IMG/VR virus record: IMGVR_UViG_3300042868_010462
Coordinates: 64,001 to 128,000 of that record
Length of the DNA stretch: 64,000 nt
Source of the DNA: a virus
Strand: one strand, 5' to 3'
Notes under the pieces: generated by a model
Databases searched by the model: none
What the model was told of the DNA's origin: nothing
What the model saw: only the letters and a program-made list of their open reading frames with translations
Part shown: in pieces, positions 1 to 9,825 of the stretch
Numbering within the stretch: the first letter of the stretch is position 1
Layout of the letters: each line of letters opens with the position of its first letter
Translations under genes and position numbers: made by a program

Positions 1-306
1 TGAGGTCTTGTTTCAGGATTTTCGTATGGTGTAATTCTTTCAGGTTTTCTTCTTGGTTTTTCCTTTGGTTTTTCTGTTGGGGTTTTTGGTTTGGTCGCGG
101 GCTCTTTTACACCTGGTTCAGACATAAATTCAAAGTCCATCATATCCAAATCAAAATCTTCATCTTCCCCTTGAGGTCTTGTTTCAGGGTTTTCGTATGG
201 AGTTTCACGTGATGGTTTTCTTCTTGGTTTTTCCTTAGGTTTTTCAGTTGGAGTTTTAGGTTTTGTTGCTGGTTCTTTTACACCAGGTTCTGCCATAAAT
301 TCAAAA
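1..306 (-). repeat. Two copies of a ~135-bp coding repeat, period 171 bp
   Basis: FEFMAEPGVKEPATKPKTPTEKPKEKPRRKP..TPYENPETRPQ at ~172-306 and again at ~1-135, with mostly synonymous differences. Confidence 0.9.
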
Positions 307-1013
307 TCTTCTAACATTTCGGATTCACCAAAATAGAAATCCTCGTTAATTCTATTTTTTAATAAACCTAATAAATCCTTTTTAGTTATAGTTGGTTGTA
401 ATGATTCTTTAACCAATTTATCCAAATTCTTTTCTGTCATAAAATTTTCAAACGTTGGTCTCATCGACTTATTAACATTTTTTCCCATTTGAGATGCCGC
501 AACAGAACCTATTTTTTCCAAATAGTTTGCCATCGTGAAATTCTCCTTAGTTTCCTTCTTTTTGTATTTTACTGTTTTTTCAGGATGTTTTTTTTCTGGC
601 ATATTTTTATATTGTTTCTTTGATGTACTCTTAGAAAATTCTTTAGCCATTTTACACCATTTACAATCATCACTTTTACATTTGTTACAACGAGCCCAAA
701 ATAATCCTTGTTGTGCTTTTGACTCGAATTTTTCATCTAACTTATCATCCTCCATCATTTCAACAGTAGTTTTCCCATCCTTGTTTGATACTACAGCGTT
801 TTTTACGTCCATTGACCCACCAGGATTCAATGTGTAGATGTCAGTTGTCTTTGTTGATTTGGTCGCATTAACAGGTTGTGTTGTTTGTTCCTCAACCTTT
901 TTTTTGTTCATTCTTTCATACAATGCGTTTATTGTACTTTCATTTAATGATACAATAAAATCAGGAGTGAGACCACTATCCAATAAAAATCCAACTTTAT
1001 TATTAAGATTCAT
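1..1013 (-). CDS. Hypothetical protein (runs off window start) with internal Pro/Lys/Glu-rich duplication
   Basis: Manually read open frame from ATG at 1013 (MNLNNKVGFLLDSG...) to the window edge; not in the ORF track; overlaps the stop of 1003..1413. Confidence 0.8.
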   Translation of the reverse strand, partial: MNLNNKVGFLLDSGLTPDFIVSLNESTINALYERMNKKKVEEQTTQPVNATKSTKTTDIYTLNPGGSMDVKNAVVSNKDGKTTVEMMEDDKLDEKFESKAQQGLFWARCNKCKSDDCKWCKMAKEFSKSTSKKQYKNMPEKKHPEKTVKYKKKETKENFTMANYLEKIGSVAASQMGKNVNKSMRPTFENFMTEKNLDKLVKESLQPTITKKDLLGLLKNRINEDFYFGESEMLEDFEFMAEPGVKEPATKPKTPTEKPKEKPRRKPSRETPYENPETRPQGEDEDFDLDMMDFEFMSEPGVKEPATKPKTPTEKPKEKPRRKPERITPYENPETRP

Positions 1014-1413
1014 AAGAAAATTTTTTTTCAAATTCAAGGACTATATCCCTTTCATATAATTTATTTTTTACATTCTCCTCAGTTTCACCAAATCTGAAAA
1101 CTAATCTTTTAACTAAATCAAAATTAATTAACTCAGATTCATTTTCCCAACCTAAAGCTACAACATCATCTATTGTATCAATCATTGAAAAATAATCTGA
1201 TTTTTGTATGACTGATAGAGAAATTTTATCATTTTTTAAAACACCTACTTTTTTTATATGTTCTAAATCAGGTGGTAGTGGATAACCATTAGATGGTTTT
1301 GATTCCCACATTTCACCCCAAACATCAGTAATATTATCACTAAATATAAACTCGTAAATGTTATCACCTTTATAATTCGGACCTAATTCATTAACATATA
1401 TCAAATAGTTCAT
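1003..1413 (-). CDS. Hypothetical phage protein
   Basis: 136-aa ORF overlapping both neighbours (operon-like). Confidence 0.75.
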   Translation of the reverse strand: MNYLIYVNELGPNYKGDNIYEFIFSDNITDVWGEMWESKPSNGYPLPPDLEHIKKVGVLKNDKISLSVIQKSDYFSMIDTIDDVVALGWENESELINFDLVKRLVFRFGETEENVKNKLYERDIVLEFEKKFSYES

Positions 1414-2627
1414 ATCAATCTACCACTTGTTGTTACACCAAATTTTTCTCCTTCCATTTCAAAAACTAAAGTTCCCTTTTTGTTTTTACCAATAAGTTTA
1501 GCGGAGGGGTATTTGTTCAAAAATCTTTTTGAAGTTGATTCTTGTTTAAAGTTTTCGGATAACCTTTCCAACTTACTTTCATTAATATTTTTTGGAGTTT
1601 CATTGAAATACTTTTGTAATATTCTGTCAACTTTTGATTCAGATACACCATATCCCATTTCTTTCATCCTCATTTTGTGTTGACGTTCCTCAAAACTTTC
1701 TCTTCTTCCGTGTCTTGGGTACATTTCAGCCATTTCACCTTCTGGTGCAACTGGTATTTCAGGTTCAGGTAATTCTTCACCACCCATCTCAGGTTCAGGT
1801 AATTCCTCATCACTCATTTCAGGTTCTTCAATTTCTTCTCCCTCTTCAAATTTTGAAGTAATTTCTTCAATGTCGTCAGGTTCAAGTTTACTTAAGTCCA
1901 AAGCAGACAAAATTGAATTAATAACATATTTTACATCTTGGGATGACATATCATTATCTTCATCAGTACCAAATGTTCTAAGTTTTTGAGCTAATTTACC
2001 AGTAAGTTTTTGAATACTTTTGAAAGTAACAACATCTTCCTCTTGTGGAGTTTCACCCTCACCATCCATAGGAACTTCATCATCCATTGGCATCTCATCT
2101 GTCATAGGTTCTTCAGCAGGTAATGGTTCTTCGATAGGCATTTCAGTTTCAGGTGTTGCTGGTACAGCTGGTGGTGTCGCAGGTGCTGCTGGTGCTGGTG
2201 GAATTTGAGTTTCTTCTTGTTCATTGGTTTCACCACCTTTTACTAAAAAATATTTTTTGTCATCAATATTTTCTTGTTCGTTAAATAATGACAAGTTTCC
2301 TCTATAACCCTCATTTACATTTACCTCTTTCACAATAAGGTTTAAACGTTTCAATGCTTGTGAATAAGACGAATAATACTTTCTATTTTTCATCGGCTCA
2401 ATATATTCACTAACTGATTCGGTTAATCCTTTTTTAATAACATATCCATTTTTTTCTTTTGTGATATGATATGTATTTCCATCAGCTAAGGTTTTTGAAT
2501 ATTCTAAAGATTCACTCTCGTTAATTGACTGAGGTGTATTTAAATTATATTTAGAAATTTCCAAAATCCTTTGAATTTTTTCCATTCCTCCTAATTTTTC
2601 ACTACCAATAGGTTTTAATTTTCCCAT
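1410..2627 (-). CDS. Acidic Pro/Glu-rich protein, possible head/scaffold-associated
   Basis: 405 aa, low-complexity acidic middle, several I/L-x-E sites, TATTTAT motif upstream. Confidence 0.6.
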   Translation of the reverse strand: MGKLKPIGSEKLGGMEKIQRILEISKYNLNTPQSINESESLEYSKTLADGNTYHITKEKNGYVIKKGLTESVSEYIEPMKNRKYYSSYSQALKRLNLIVKEVNVNEGYRGNLSLFNEQENIDDKKYFLVKGGETNEQEETQIPPAPAAPATPPAVPATPETEMPIEEPLPAEEPMTDEMPMDDEVPMDGEGETPQEEDVVTFKSIQKLTGKLAQKLRTFGTDEDNDMSSQDVKYVINSILSALDLSKLEPDDIEEITSKFEEGEEIEEPEMSDEELPEPEMGGEELPEPEIPVAPEGEMAEMYPRHGRRESFEERQHKMRMKEMGYGVSESKVDRILQKYFNETPKNINESKLERLSENFKQESTSKRFLNKYPSAKLIGKNKKGTLVFEMEGEKFGVTTSGRLI

Positions 2628-2688
2628 ATTTCGATTTTTTTGTTATTATTTTTTATATATAAATATGTACAATTAATCAATTCTACAT

Positions 2689-3450
2689 TTACTCAATAGA
2701 AAGTTTATTATCTATAAGTTTTAAAGGTGTTTTATATAATTTGTCAATATACCCGTTTCTTCGTAATACTTTAAAAACCAAATTTTCCAAGCTCATTTCA
2801 CCACCCCCTTTTAAACCACTTAATCTAAACTTTTTAAGTTTATTTTTAAATTGATTTAGTGTTTTTTCGATTGTGTCAATATCTAGGTCTTCCATATTTT
2901 TTATCGAAGAATCAATAGTTCTCATCCATTGTTTAGATTTATTTTTTACATCTTTCAAATCCACTTTAAAATCAAACCTTTTGGGTGTTTTTAACCATTC
3001 ATCATTCAGTAACGAATAAACACCTCCACTGATACCTTGCATATCAGTATCCTCAATGAAAAACTCAACATCAAAACCAAACATTTTTACATCTCTTTTT
3101 TGATTGAAAATTACTTTTTTCAAATCAAAATATTCAACGTACATATCTTTAAGTTCATTGGAAAATTGTTTGTAATCAACTAATATGTGCACGTCAATGT
3201 CTGAGAACTTAGACCAATTATAGTTAGCTATTGAACCAACTACAATAATGTCATCAATAACAACGTCAATGTCCAAACTTTCAATAAATTGGTAAGTTAT
3301 CTCAAGTAAATTTTTTCTAACCTTTGGGTTTATTTTATATTTCTGACCTTCAGGGTCACCCATATGTTTTTCATTTGGTAGATACCATATTTTTGGATAC
3401 AACTGGTCTTGTATCTCGAAACTACTTAAAATATTTTCAATATTATCCAT
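2689..3450 (-). CDS. Nucleotidyltransferase, Pol-beta superfamily
   Basis: GS-x10-DxD motif (GSIANYNWSKFSDIDVH) plus a later acidic residue (DVEFF); likely start MDNIE at 3450. Confidence 0.75.
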   Translation of the reverse strand: MDNIENILSSFEIQDQLYPKIWYLPNEKHMGDPEGQKYKINPKVRKNLLEITYQFIESLDIDVVIDDIIVVGSIANYNWSKFSDIDVHILVDYKQFSNELKDMYVEYFDLKKVIFNQKRDVKMFGFDVEFFIEDTDMQGISGGVYSLLNDEWLKTPKRFDFKVDLKDVKNKSKQWMRTIDSSIKNMEDLDIDTIEKTLNQFKNKLKKFRLSGLKGGGEMSLENLVFKVLRRNGYIDKLYKTPLKLIDNKLSIE

Positions 3451-3485
3451 GTCTGATAAATATTCACATACATTGTAAATATACA

Positions 3486-3728
3486 TCAAACCTTTTTGTA
3501 CTTGTAATTTTTAGCGATGGTGGAACTAAAAAACTTACCTTGGGATTCCGATAACCTGAATCTAGTGTAAATTGTGTGCGGTACTTCATCATATTCATAT
3601 TTAGTTCCATTTTTGAATTCAACAATCATTTTTTTAGTTGCTGTATCATACTCACTTCTTACTAAATTACTTGATTGTACTTCATTTATAATTTTTGTAC
3701 CTACTATTTCTTCTTTTAATATTGCCAT
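3486..3728 (-). CDS. KTSC domain protein
   Basis: VQSSNL..EYD....MIVEFKNGTKYEYDEVP...Y..F..SESQGKFF matches the KTSC pattern. Confidence 0.85.
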   Translation of the reverse strand: MAILKEEIVGTKIINEVQSSNLVRSEYDTATKKMIVEFKNGTKYEYDEVPHTIYTRFRLSESQGKFFSSTIAKNYKYKKV

Positions 3729-3771
3729 TTTTTTAAATTTAAAAAACCCCCATTTATATCGGGGGTTAATG

Positions 3772-4209
3772 TTAATTAATTTTTTTTAATTCATCTCTAA
3801 TTTCTATAGCCCTTTCGAAATCTTGTTTTTCAATAGCTATTTCCATTTCCTTTTTGAGAGTTTCAATTTTCCCTTTGTTTTTCTGAAGTTCTTTTATTTC
3901 GTCTCTGATTTTAGCCGCTTGTTCAAAATCTTGGTTTTGGATACATTCGTTTAATTTAGTTTCCAAATCTCTCTTTGTATTTGAATTAGATGCTGACCAT
4001 TTTGTGTTAGGATTAATCACAAAATGAATTGAAGTGATAATACCATCCTTGGTCTTTCTAACTGAATTTCTCAATTTACTGAAATCAGTATTAAGTTCAT
4101 CGTACTTTAAGTTATCCAAGAAACTTTCCAGTGGAATTGATGGTTTATGTTTTCCACCGAAAATCTCGTCCAAAATTTTCTCAAATTTTTTATAAAAATC
4201 GTTATCCAT
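3772..4209 (-). CDS. Protein with two UVR (UvrB/UvrC) motifs, possible ClpC adaptor
   Basis: LNECIQNQDFEQAAKIRDEI and MEIAIEKQDFERAIEIRDEL; divergent from the clpC-like gene. Confidence 0.75.
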   Translation of the reverse strand: MDNDFYKKFEKILDEIFGGKHKPSIPLESFLDNLKYDELNTDFSKLRNSVRKTKDGIITSIHFVINPNTKWSASNSNTKRDLETKLNECIQNQDFEQAAKIRDEIKELQKNKGKIETLKKEMEIAIEKQDFERAIEIRDELKKIN

Positions 4210-4309
4210 AATAAATTGTTTGTTGTTAAGTTTATTTTACTTAGTATTGTACGAATTATATACCAATTAATTAAGATAATCAATAATGTCACTTTGTAAT
4301 TAAAAATAC

Positions 4310-4322
4310 TGACATTTTGTCA
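4310..4322. promoter_or_regulatory. Palindromic TGACA-N3-TGTCA operator upstream of clpC-like gene
   Basis: tgacattttgtca; the same palindrome lies upstream of dnaK (45621-45635). Confidence 0.6.
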
Positions 4323-4375
4323 TTACAAGATTGTTGAAAATACCAAATAAAACATTATTATTAAATAAAAAAGTT

Positions 4376-6406
4376 ATGATAGAATCTAAAGATGGAGATT
4401 ACTCAAGTAAAGGTAAGGGTGACACACCAGTATTAAACAACTTTGCAAAAGATTTGGTTAAACTTGCTGAAGAGGGAAAATTAGACCCTGTTGTAGGTAG
4501 AGATAGAGAAATAACAAGAATAGCCCAAATATTATCAAGAAGAAAGAAAAATAATCCAATTATAATCGGTGAACCAGGTTGTGGAAAAACCGCTATAGTA
4601 GAAGGTTTGGCCTTGAAAATATTGAATGGAGATTGTCCAAGAAATCTAATGGATAAAAGAATTATGTCCTTAGATATGACCTCAATTGTTGCGGGCACAA
4701 AATATAGAGGACAATTTGAGGAAAGAATGAAGGTGATTATAGAAGAACTACAAGCCGCCCCAAATATCATTTTGTTTATCGATGAAATCCATCAAATTGT
4801 TGGTGCGGGTAATTCATCAGGTTCGTTGGATGCCTCAAATATATTTAAACCAGCCTTAGCAAGAGGGGAAATCCAATGTATTGGTGCGACCACTTTGGAT
4901 GAATATAGAAAGAATTTTGAAAAAGATGGTGCATTAGAAAGACGATTCCAAAAAGTAATTGTTGACCCATCAACTAAAGATGAAACATTACAAATTTTAT
5001 TAAATGTCAAAGACAAATATGAAAATTACCATAAAGTAAATTATAGTGATGATGTACTTAAACTTTGTGTTGATTTAGCTGAAAGATATATTACAGATAG
5101 AGAATTTCCAGATAAGGCATTTGACATTATTGATGAAGTCGGAGCAAGAAGTCAGGTTGAAATTAAAATGCCTCAAATTGTGGAGGATTTGAAAACACAA
5201 GCACAAGAAATAAAAAAACAAAAAATAGATGTTGTAAAAAGTCAAAACTATGAACTGGCTGCAGATTTAAGAGATAAGGAAACAAAAATATTAGATAAGT
5301 TAGAAGAGGAAAAAAAGAAATTCGAATTTGATTTATTAAACAAAAAGAAAGAAGTTAGTGTAGAACTAGTTTATGAAGTTGTATCTAATATGACTAAGAT
5401 TCCAGTCTCAAAAATGGATTCTGATGAAACTAACAAACTTTCATCTCTTGATAACAATTTGGCTTCGAAAGTTATTGGACAATCAGAAGCTGTTCTTAAA
5501 ATCGCAAAAGCAATAAGGAGAAATAGATTGGGGATTAAAGACCCTAATAAACCAATTGGTTCATTTATTTTCTTAGGCTCAACAGGTGTGGGTAAAACTT
5601 ATTTAGCTAAACAATTAGCTAAGGAAATATTTGGTAGTGAAGAAAATCTAATCCGTGTTGATATGTCAGAATTCCAAGAAAAACATTCAATATCAAGATT
5701 AATTGGTTCACCTCCAGGTTACGTTGGTTACGATGAAGGGGGACAACTTACCGAACAAGTGAAAAATAAACCATATTCAGTTATTTTATTCGATGAAATT
5801 GAGAAAGCAAATAAAGACGTGTTTGCAACGTTACTCCAAGTTTTAGACGATGGACATCTTACTGATGGTCTTGGAAGAAAAATTAATTTCAAGAATTGTA
5901 TCATTATTATGACCTCAAACCTTGGTGTCAAAAAACTACAAGATTTTGGTACTGGTGTTGGATTCAAAACAAACGCGAATGTTTACATTGAAGAGGAACA
6001 TAAAAGGGATATGTTAAAAAAGGAATTGCAGAAATTCTTTGCCCCTGAATTCCTTAATCGTATTGATGAAATTATTGTTTTTAATACATTGAAGGAAGAC
6101 GAAGTAAAACAAATTGTTAAATTAGAGGTCGATAAACTAATTAAAAGATTAGAAGGTTTGAATTATAATATTTCTTGTGATGATTCAGTTTTAGAATTAA
6201 TTTCTAAAGTTGGTTTTGATGAAACATATGGTGCCAGACCAATCAAAAGAGCAATTCAAGATAAAATTGAAGATTTTGTATCAGAAGAGGTGTTAAATGG
6301 TAAAATTATAGAAAATGAACAATACATTCTAACCGTAGATAATGAAAGTATAATTTTCAAAGAAAAGGAAACCAAAAAAACCAAAAAGAAAAAAGGGACT
6401 GAATAG
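4376..6406 (+). CDS. clpC: ClpC/ClpB-family AAA+ chaperone lacking the N-terminal Clp repeat domain
   Basis: Two Walker A motifs (GEPGCGKT, GSTGVGKT), GTKYRGQFEER, PPGYVGY, UVR-type M domain (QNYELAADLRD), YGARP; likely start MIESK at 4376. Confidence 0.9.
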   Translation: MIESKDGDYSSKGKGDTPVLNNFAKDLVKLAEEGKLDPVVGRDREITRIAQILSRRKKNNPIIIGEPGCGKTAIVEGLALKILNGDCPRNLMDKRIMSLDMTSIVAGTKYRGQFEERMKVIIEELQAAPNIILFIDEIHQIVGAGNSSGSLDASNIFKPALARGEIQCIGATTLDEYRKNFEKDGALERRFQKVIVDPSTKDETLQILLNVKDKYENYHKVNYSDDVLKLCVDLAERYITDREFPDKAFDIIDEVGARSQVEIKMPQIVEDLKTQAQEIKKQKIDVVKSQNYELAADLRDKETKILDKLEEEKKKFEFDLLNKKKEVSVELVYEVVSNMTKIPVSKMDSDETNKLSSLDNNLASKVIGQSEAVLKIAKAIRRNRLGIKDPNKPIGSFIFLGSTGVGKTYLAKQLAKEIFGSEENLIRVDMSEFQEKHSISRLIGSPPGYVGYDEGGQLTEQVKNKPYSVILFDEIEKANKDVFATLLQVLDDGHLTDGLGRKINFKNCIIIMTSNLGVKKLQDFGTGVGFKTNANVYIEEEHKRDMLKKELQKFFAPEFLNRIDEIIVFNTLKEDEVKQIVKLEVDKLIKRLEGLNYNISCDDSVLELISKVGFDETYGARPIKRAIQDKIEDFVSEEVLNGKIIENEQYILTVDNESIIFKEKETKKTKKKKGTE

Positions 6407-6418
6407 TCCCTTTTTTTA

Positions 6419-7090
6419 TTATTTTATTAATTGTTTGAATCTATCAATTTCCTCTTTTAAATTTTCTTCTTTTTTCTTTTCCTCTGTACCCTTTGTTTCA
6501 CCTGTACTTGTTAAAGGACTTGTTGACTTCTTAGTTGTTGTAGTTGTTGTAGTATCAAAATCAACCACTTCAGGTTTACTCAAATCTTCTTCAGGACTCA
6601 TTTCATCCTTTGACATCATCAAATCTTTACCTATTTGCGCTCTCTTTGAACCAGGAACAACATCTAATCGTTGTCCGCTCAATTTTTCAGTAGATAAAAG
6701 ATTTATTTCACCTAAAGCTTTTTTGTAACCAGGAAAAAATGGTTCCCACTTTGTAATAACAAAATCCAAAAGTTTTAACAATCTCATTTTTTTCTCAGGT
6801 GCGATTGATAACTTATCAACTCTTGGTTTTAACTCCTTGAGTTCTTCCATAAATTTTTCAATGTCATCAAGTTCTTTAATTACTTTTTGACTTCTATTTT
6901 TAATTTTACTCAAAAATTTAAAATAACCAAAACTTTCACCTTTCATAAAACCTCTTACACCTTGGAAAAAGTCACTAGCTTTAGTACCACTTAGAATTTC
7001 GTCTAATTCTTCTGTTTGAGATTCAGTTTCTAAAATTATATTAGATAATCTTTCGATGTCACTTTCATTAATATTTCTATACTTACTCAT
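6419..7090 (-). CDS. Hypothetical protein with INESD leader and EEIDRFKQLIK C-terminus
   Basis: 223-aa ORF; TATTTAT at 7104-7110. Confidence 0.7.
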   Translation of the reverse strand: MSKYRNINESDIERLSNIILETESQTEELDEILSGTKASDFFQGVRGFMKGESFGYFKFLSKIKNRSQKVIKELDDIEKFMEELKELKPRVDKLSIAPEKKMRLLKLLDFVITKWEPFFPGYKKALGEINLLSTEKLSGQRLDVVPGSKRAQIGKDLMMSKDEMSPEEDLSKPEVVDFDTTTTTTTKKSTSPLTSTGETKGTEEKKKEENLKEEIDRFKQLIK

Positions 7091-7131
7091 AATTTTTTTA
7101 TTTATAAATATAGTAATATATGAAAAAAAAA

Positions 7132-7923
7132 TTATTTTTTAGTGTATTTTTTTGTACCCAACTCAGATATCATTTTCTTAGCAATATCCAAAGTATTATA
7201 TACATCATCAACAATTACATATTCGTGTTCTGTGTGATAGTTGTAATAACCAACAGCAAAGTTTATACAAGAAAAATCAAATAGTTGTTTAAGTGCGTAA
7301 ACATCAGTATAAGGGTGGGATTGGTATTTGTTTCGACTATTAAAACCCTCCGTTAATACTTTGTCACATTTATCGAAGAAATCACTACCCTTATCAAATA
7401 GTTTGACACCCATACAATACTCACTGACCATCCAATTACCAGGAGCATCAAATTGCATAACATAACCAACATTTGAGAAGAAATCTTTATCGGCTTTTTT
7501 TGACCCATGACATCCTGTTTCTTCTGATACAAAGAAAGCTGCTTTGACATTTGGTAATTGTTTTAATAACTCCAAACAAACATAAACACCACATTTATCA
7601 TCACCCCCAATTCCAGTTGGTAATCCTTGGTCATTAAACGCCTTCAAGGCCATCTTTAATTCGTTTTGGTCATTGGGTAACATCATCTCACGAATATTGA
7701 TTGTATCAAGCTCGTGAACGGTATCTGTGTGGGCAACAACACAAGGAAAATACTCAACCTCATCAGTTTGTTTGGTTGCATAAACATTCCCCATCTTATC
7801 AACAAAATAAGGGATATTATTTTCAACCATCCATTCGGTTAAAAATTGAATCATTAAATCCTCTTTATATGTTTTGGTGGGGACAGATAAAACCCTTTTT
7901 AAAAAACTAATATTTTGTTCCAT
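7132..7923 (-). CDS. M20/M28/M42-type metallopeptidase
   Basis: AHTDTV, GGDDKCG, SEETG and YHT zinc-ligand motifs. Confidence 0.85.
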   Translation of the reverse strand: MEQNISFLKRVLSVPTKTYKEDLMIQFLTEWMVENNIPYFVDKMGNVYATKQTDEVEYFPCVVAHTDTVHELDTINIREMMLPNDQNELKMALKAFNDQGLPTGIGGDDKCGVYVCLELLKQLPNVKAAFFVSEETGCHGSKKADKDFFSNVGYVMQFDAPGNWMVSEYCMGVKLFDKGSDFFDKCDKVLTEGFNSRNKYQSHPYTDVYALKQLFDFSCINFAVGYYNYHTEHEYVIVDDVYNTLDIAKKMISELGTKKYTKK

Positions 7924-7932
7924 AGAACAATA

Positions 7933-9327
7933 TTACACAATTCTTTTCAATCTTTTTACTAAACTTTCAAAAAGTTCTGGTGAATGTAAATAATTAGCAA
8001 ACTCTTCTATTGTGTAACTTCTTCTTTCACCTCTACCTGATGATTTATTCCAATGAACTATTACTACTTTTGAGTCGTCTTTTCTAATTTCCTCAACCCT
8101 AAATGAGTTATCTGTATTTGGTACTTTATATTGACCACCTATTTCATAACCCATATTGTTAAGTTTTTTCAATACATCAGCGTAGTTTTTGAAGGCTTCA
8201 AACTTCTCAGGTTCATCTTCTATTTCTTCTAATATTGTATCCAATTGGTCACCAACAACATCATTAAATTGTTCAAAATCAAAATCCCAACTATCCATAG
8301 CCACTTCATTATAATAACCAATATCTAAGTCCATTTCTTCACCCAATTCCTTAAATAGTTCAACAATTGTTGCTTGTTTACTTTGAGTTTTTTTATATAA
8401 ACTTAATAGGATATTTACGGTTGTCACATAATTTGTAAAAACACCTGATTTTCTGAAAACCCCATATTGTTGGAATACATCCGCAATATCTTTTATACCA
8501 ATTTCTTTGATTTTTTCTACTGCGGATTCGTTTCTTAATGAATTGTACTCATCAGCAATCCTTTCACCAACCACCGGAAAATTGGTATCTAAGAACTGAA
8601 CAACACTCTTATTATATTTATCCTCATCTTTGTCTTTTAAATCTTTTACACCAGGAATTAGAAATGAAACAATATCATCCAACTTTTTTTTGTTTTTATC
8701 ATCAAATGAACCAAACATATAACCTTCTTTCCAATCGTCCCAAGTCATATCACTAGGTATCAAATCAAAAGAACTACCATAATAACTATTTCCAAATATA
8801 GACCCCAATATCCTTGCATCCCATTCACCTTCTTTATAGTCAAAAAAAGATATATATTCATCAGCATCAAACATAAGTTGAATCATACTCTTACCAGGAT
8901 TCTTTTCGTTAAGTGTCATCCCATTTAAAGATTCATCAATGCTTCTCATATCCCATTTATCATATTTTTTACCCGCCTTAATTAATAACAACATTTCATA
9001 AGGGTTCTCAGGTTTAATGAACTCAACAAGTTTCGATTCTAATTGTGGATAATCCTCAATTACATCCATAAAGTTATTTACCATCCCATCAAAATCCAAC
9101 ACATCAGTATAGCCATTTCTTACTTGATTCAATACATAACTATTCTCACCATCTTTATCAACGATTAAATAGACATCACCATATCTATTGAACTTATTAT
9201 ATTCTCTCTTCAATTTTTCAGAAGCGTAGTAGTCCATAGCGTCATACCCTTTCACTTTGATAAATAAAACCTTATCATCCTCAAATTTAATCTCTGATTC
9301 TTCATCAGCTAATTCCTTCGGTGTCAT
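7933..9327 (-). CDS. Hypothetical protein
   Basis: 464-aa ORF with TATTTAT upstream. Confidence 0.75.
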   Translation of the reverse strand: MTPKELADEESEIKFEDDKVLFIKVKGYDAMDYYASEKLKREYNKFNRYGDVYLIVDKDGENSYVLNQVRNGYTDVLDFDGMVNNFMDVIEDYPQLESKLVEFIKPENPYEMLLLIKAGKKYDKWDMRSIDESLNGMTLNEKNPGKSMIQLMFDADEYISFFDYKEGEWDARILGSIFGNSYYGSSFDLIPSDMTWDDWKEGYMFGSFDDKNKKKLDDIVSFLIPGVKDLKDKDEDKYNKSVVQFLDTNFPVVGERIADEYNSLRNESAVEKIKEIGIKDIADVFQQYGVFRKSGVFTNYVTTVNILLSLYKKTQSKQATIVELFKELGEEMDLDIGYYNEVAMDSWDFDFEQFNDVVGDQLDTILEEIEDEPEKFEAFKNYADVLKKLNNMGYEIGGQYKVPNTDNSFRVEEIRKDDSKVVIVHWNKSSGRGERRSYTIEEFANYLHSPELFESLVKRLKRIV

Positions 9328-9405
9328 AAAAAATATTTTTCTTTATAAATACCTTGGTTTATTCATTATTTATATTTATCCTTGTATAAAGTTAATTGAA
9401 AATAT

Positions 9406-9784
9406 GGGGGTAATCTGGAATCGACTGACGTTGTTAGTTATTCGGGGCATGCCGGACCTGAACTAAGTCCGTTAAACTGGTTTGAAACGATACACGGCAA
9501 CGTTATCAACAAACTTTCTGCAGTAGGTTTAATCCGTGCTGAAGAAGCAGTAGTAGCCTAGTCAATAGGTTATCACTTTCGAGTCGGGGTGCATTAACTC
9601 AGGAACAGGAGCACTATAGGGTTGTCTAACTAATTCTCATCCCTAAAAATGAATTGGCTGATTTTTTTGGTTTTGGTAGTAATTAAAATCAAATAGCTCG
9701 GAACACTGCGAATAATGTTGTCCTAAGCATGTAGTCCTTAATAGTTAAGATGGACAGGAAGGAGTTCGAATCTCCGTGCCTCCA
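9406..9784 (+). ncRNA. ssrA: tmRNA; tag peptide (A)GNVINKLSAVGLIRAEEAVVA at 9496-9561
   Basis: 5' GGGGGTA...ATCGAC, 3' GGAGTTCGAATCTCC T-arm, TGCCTCC-A acceptor with G3:U70 pair, internal tag ORF ending VVA-TAG, followed by a terminator. Confidence 0.93.
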
Positions 9785-9792
9785 CCGTAGAC

Positions 9793-9823
9793 AAAAAAAC
9801 CCCTCTTTTTAGGAGGGGTTTGT
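9793..9823. terminator. Bidirectional intrinsic terminator
   Basis: aaaacccctc-tttt-aggaggggtttt hairpin between tmRNA and the converging ORF. Confidence 0.8.
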
Positions 9824-9825
9824 TG

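Noticed and set aside
9257-9466. 69-aa plus-strand ORF
   Set aside because: It is antisense to a long gene and runs into the tmRNA 5' end.
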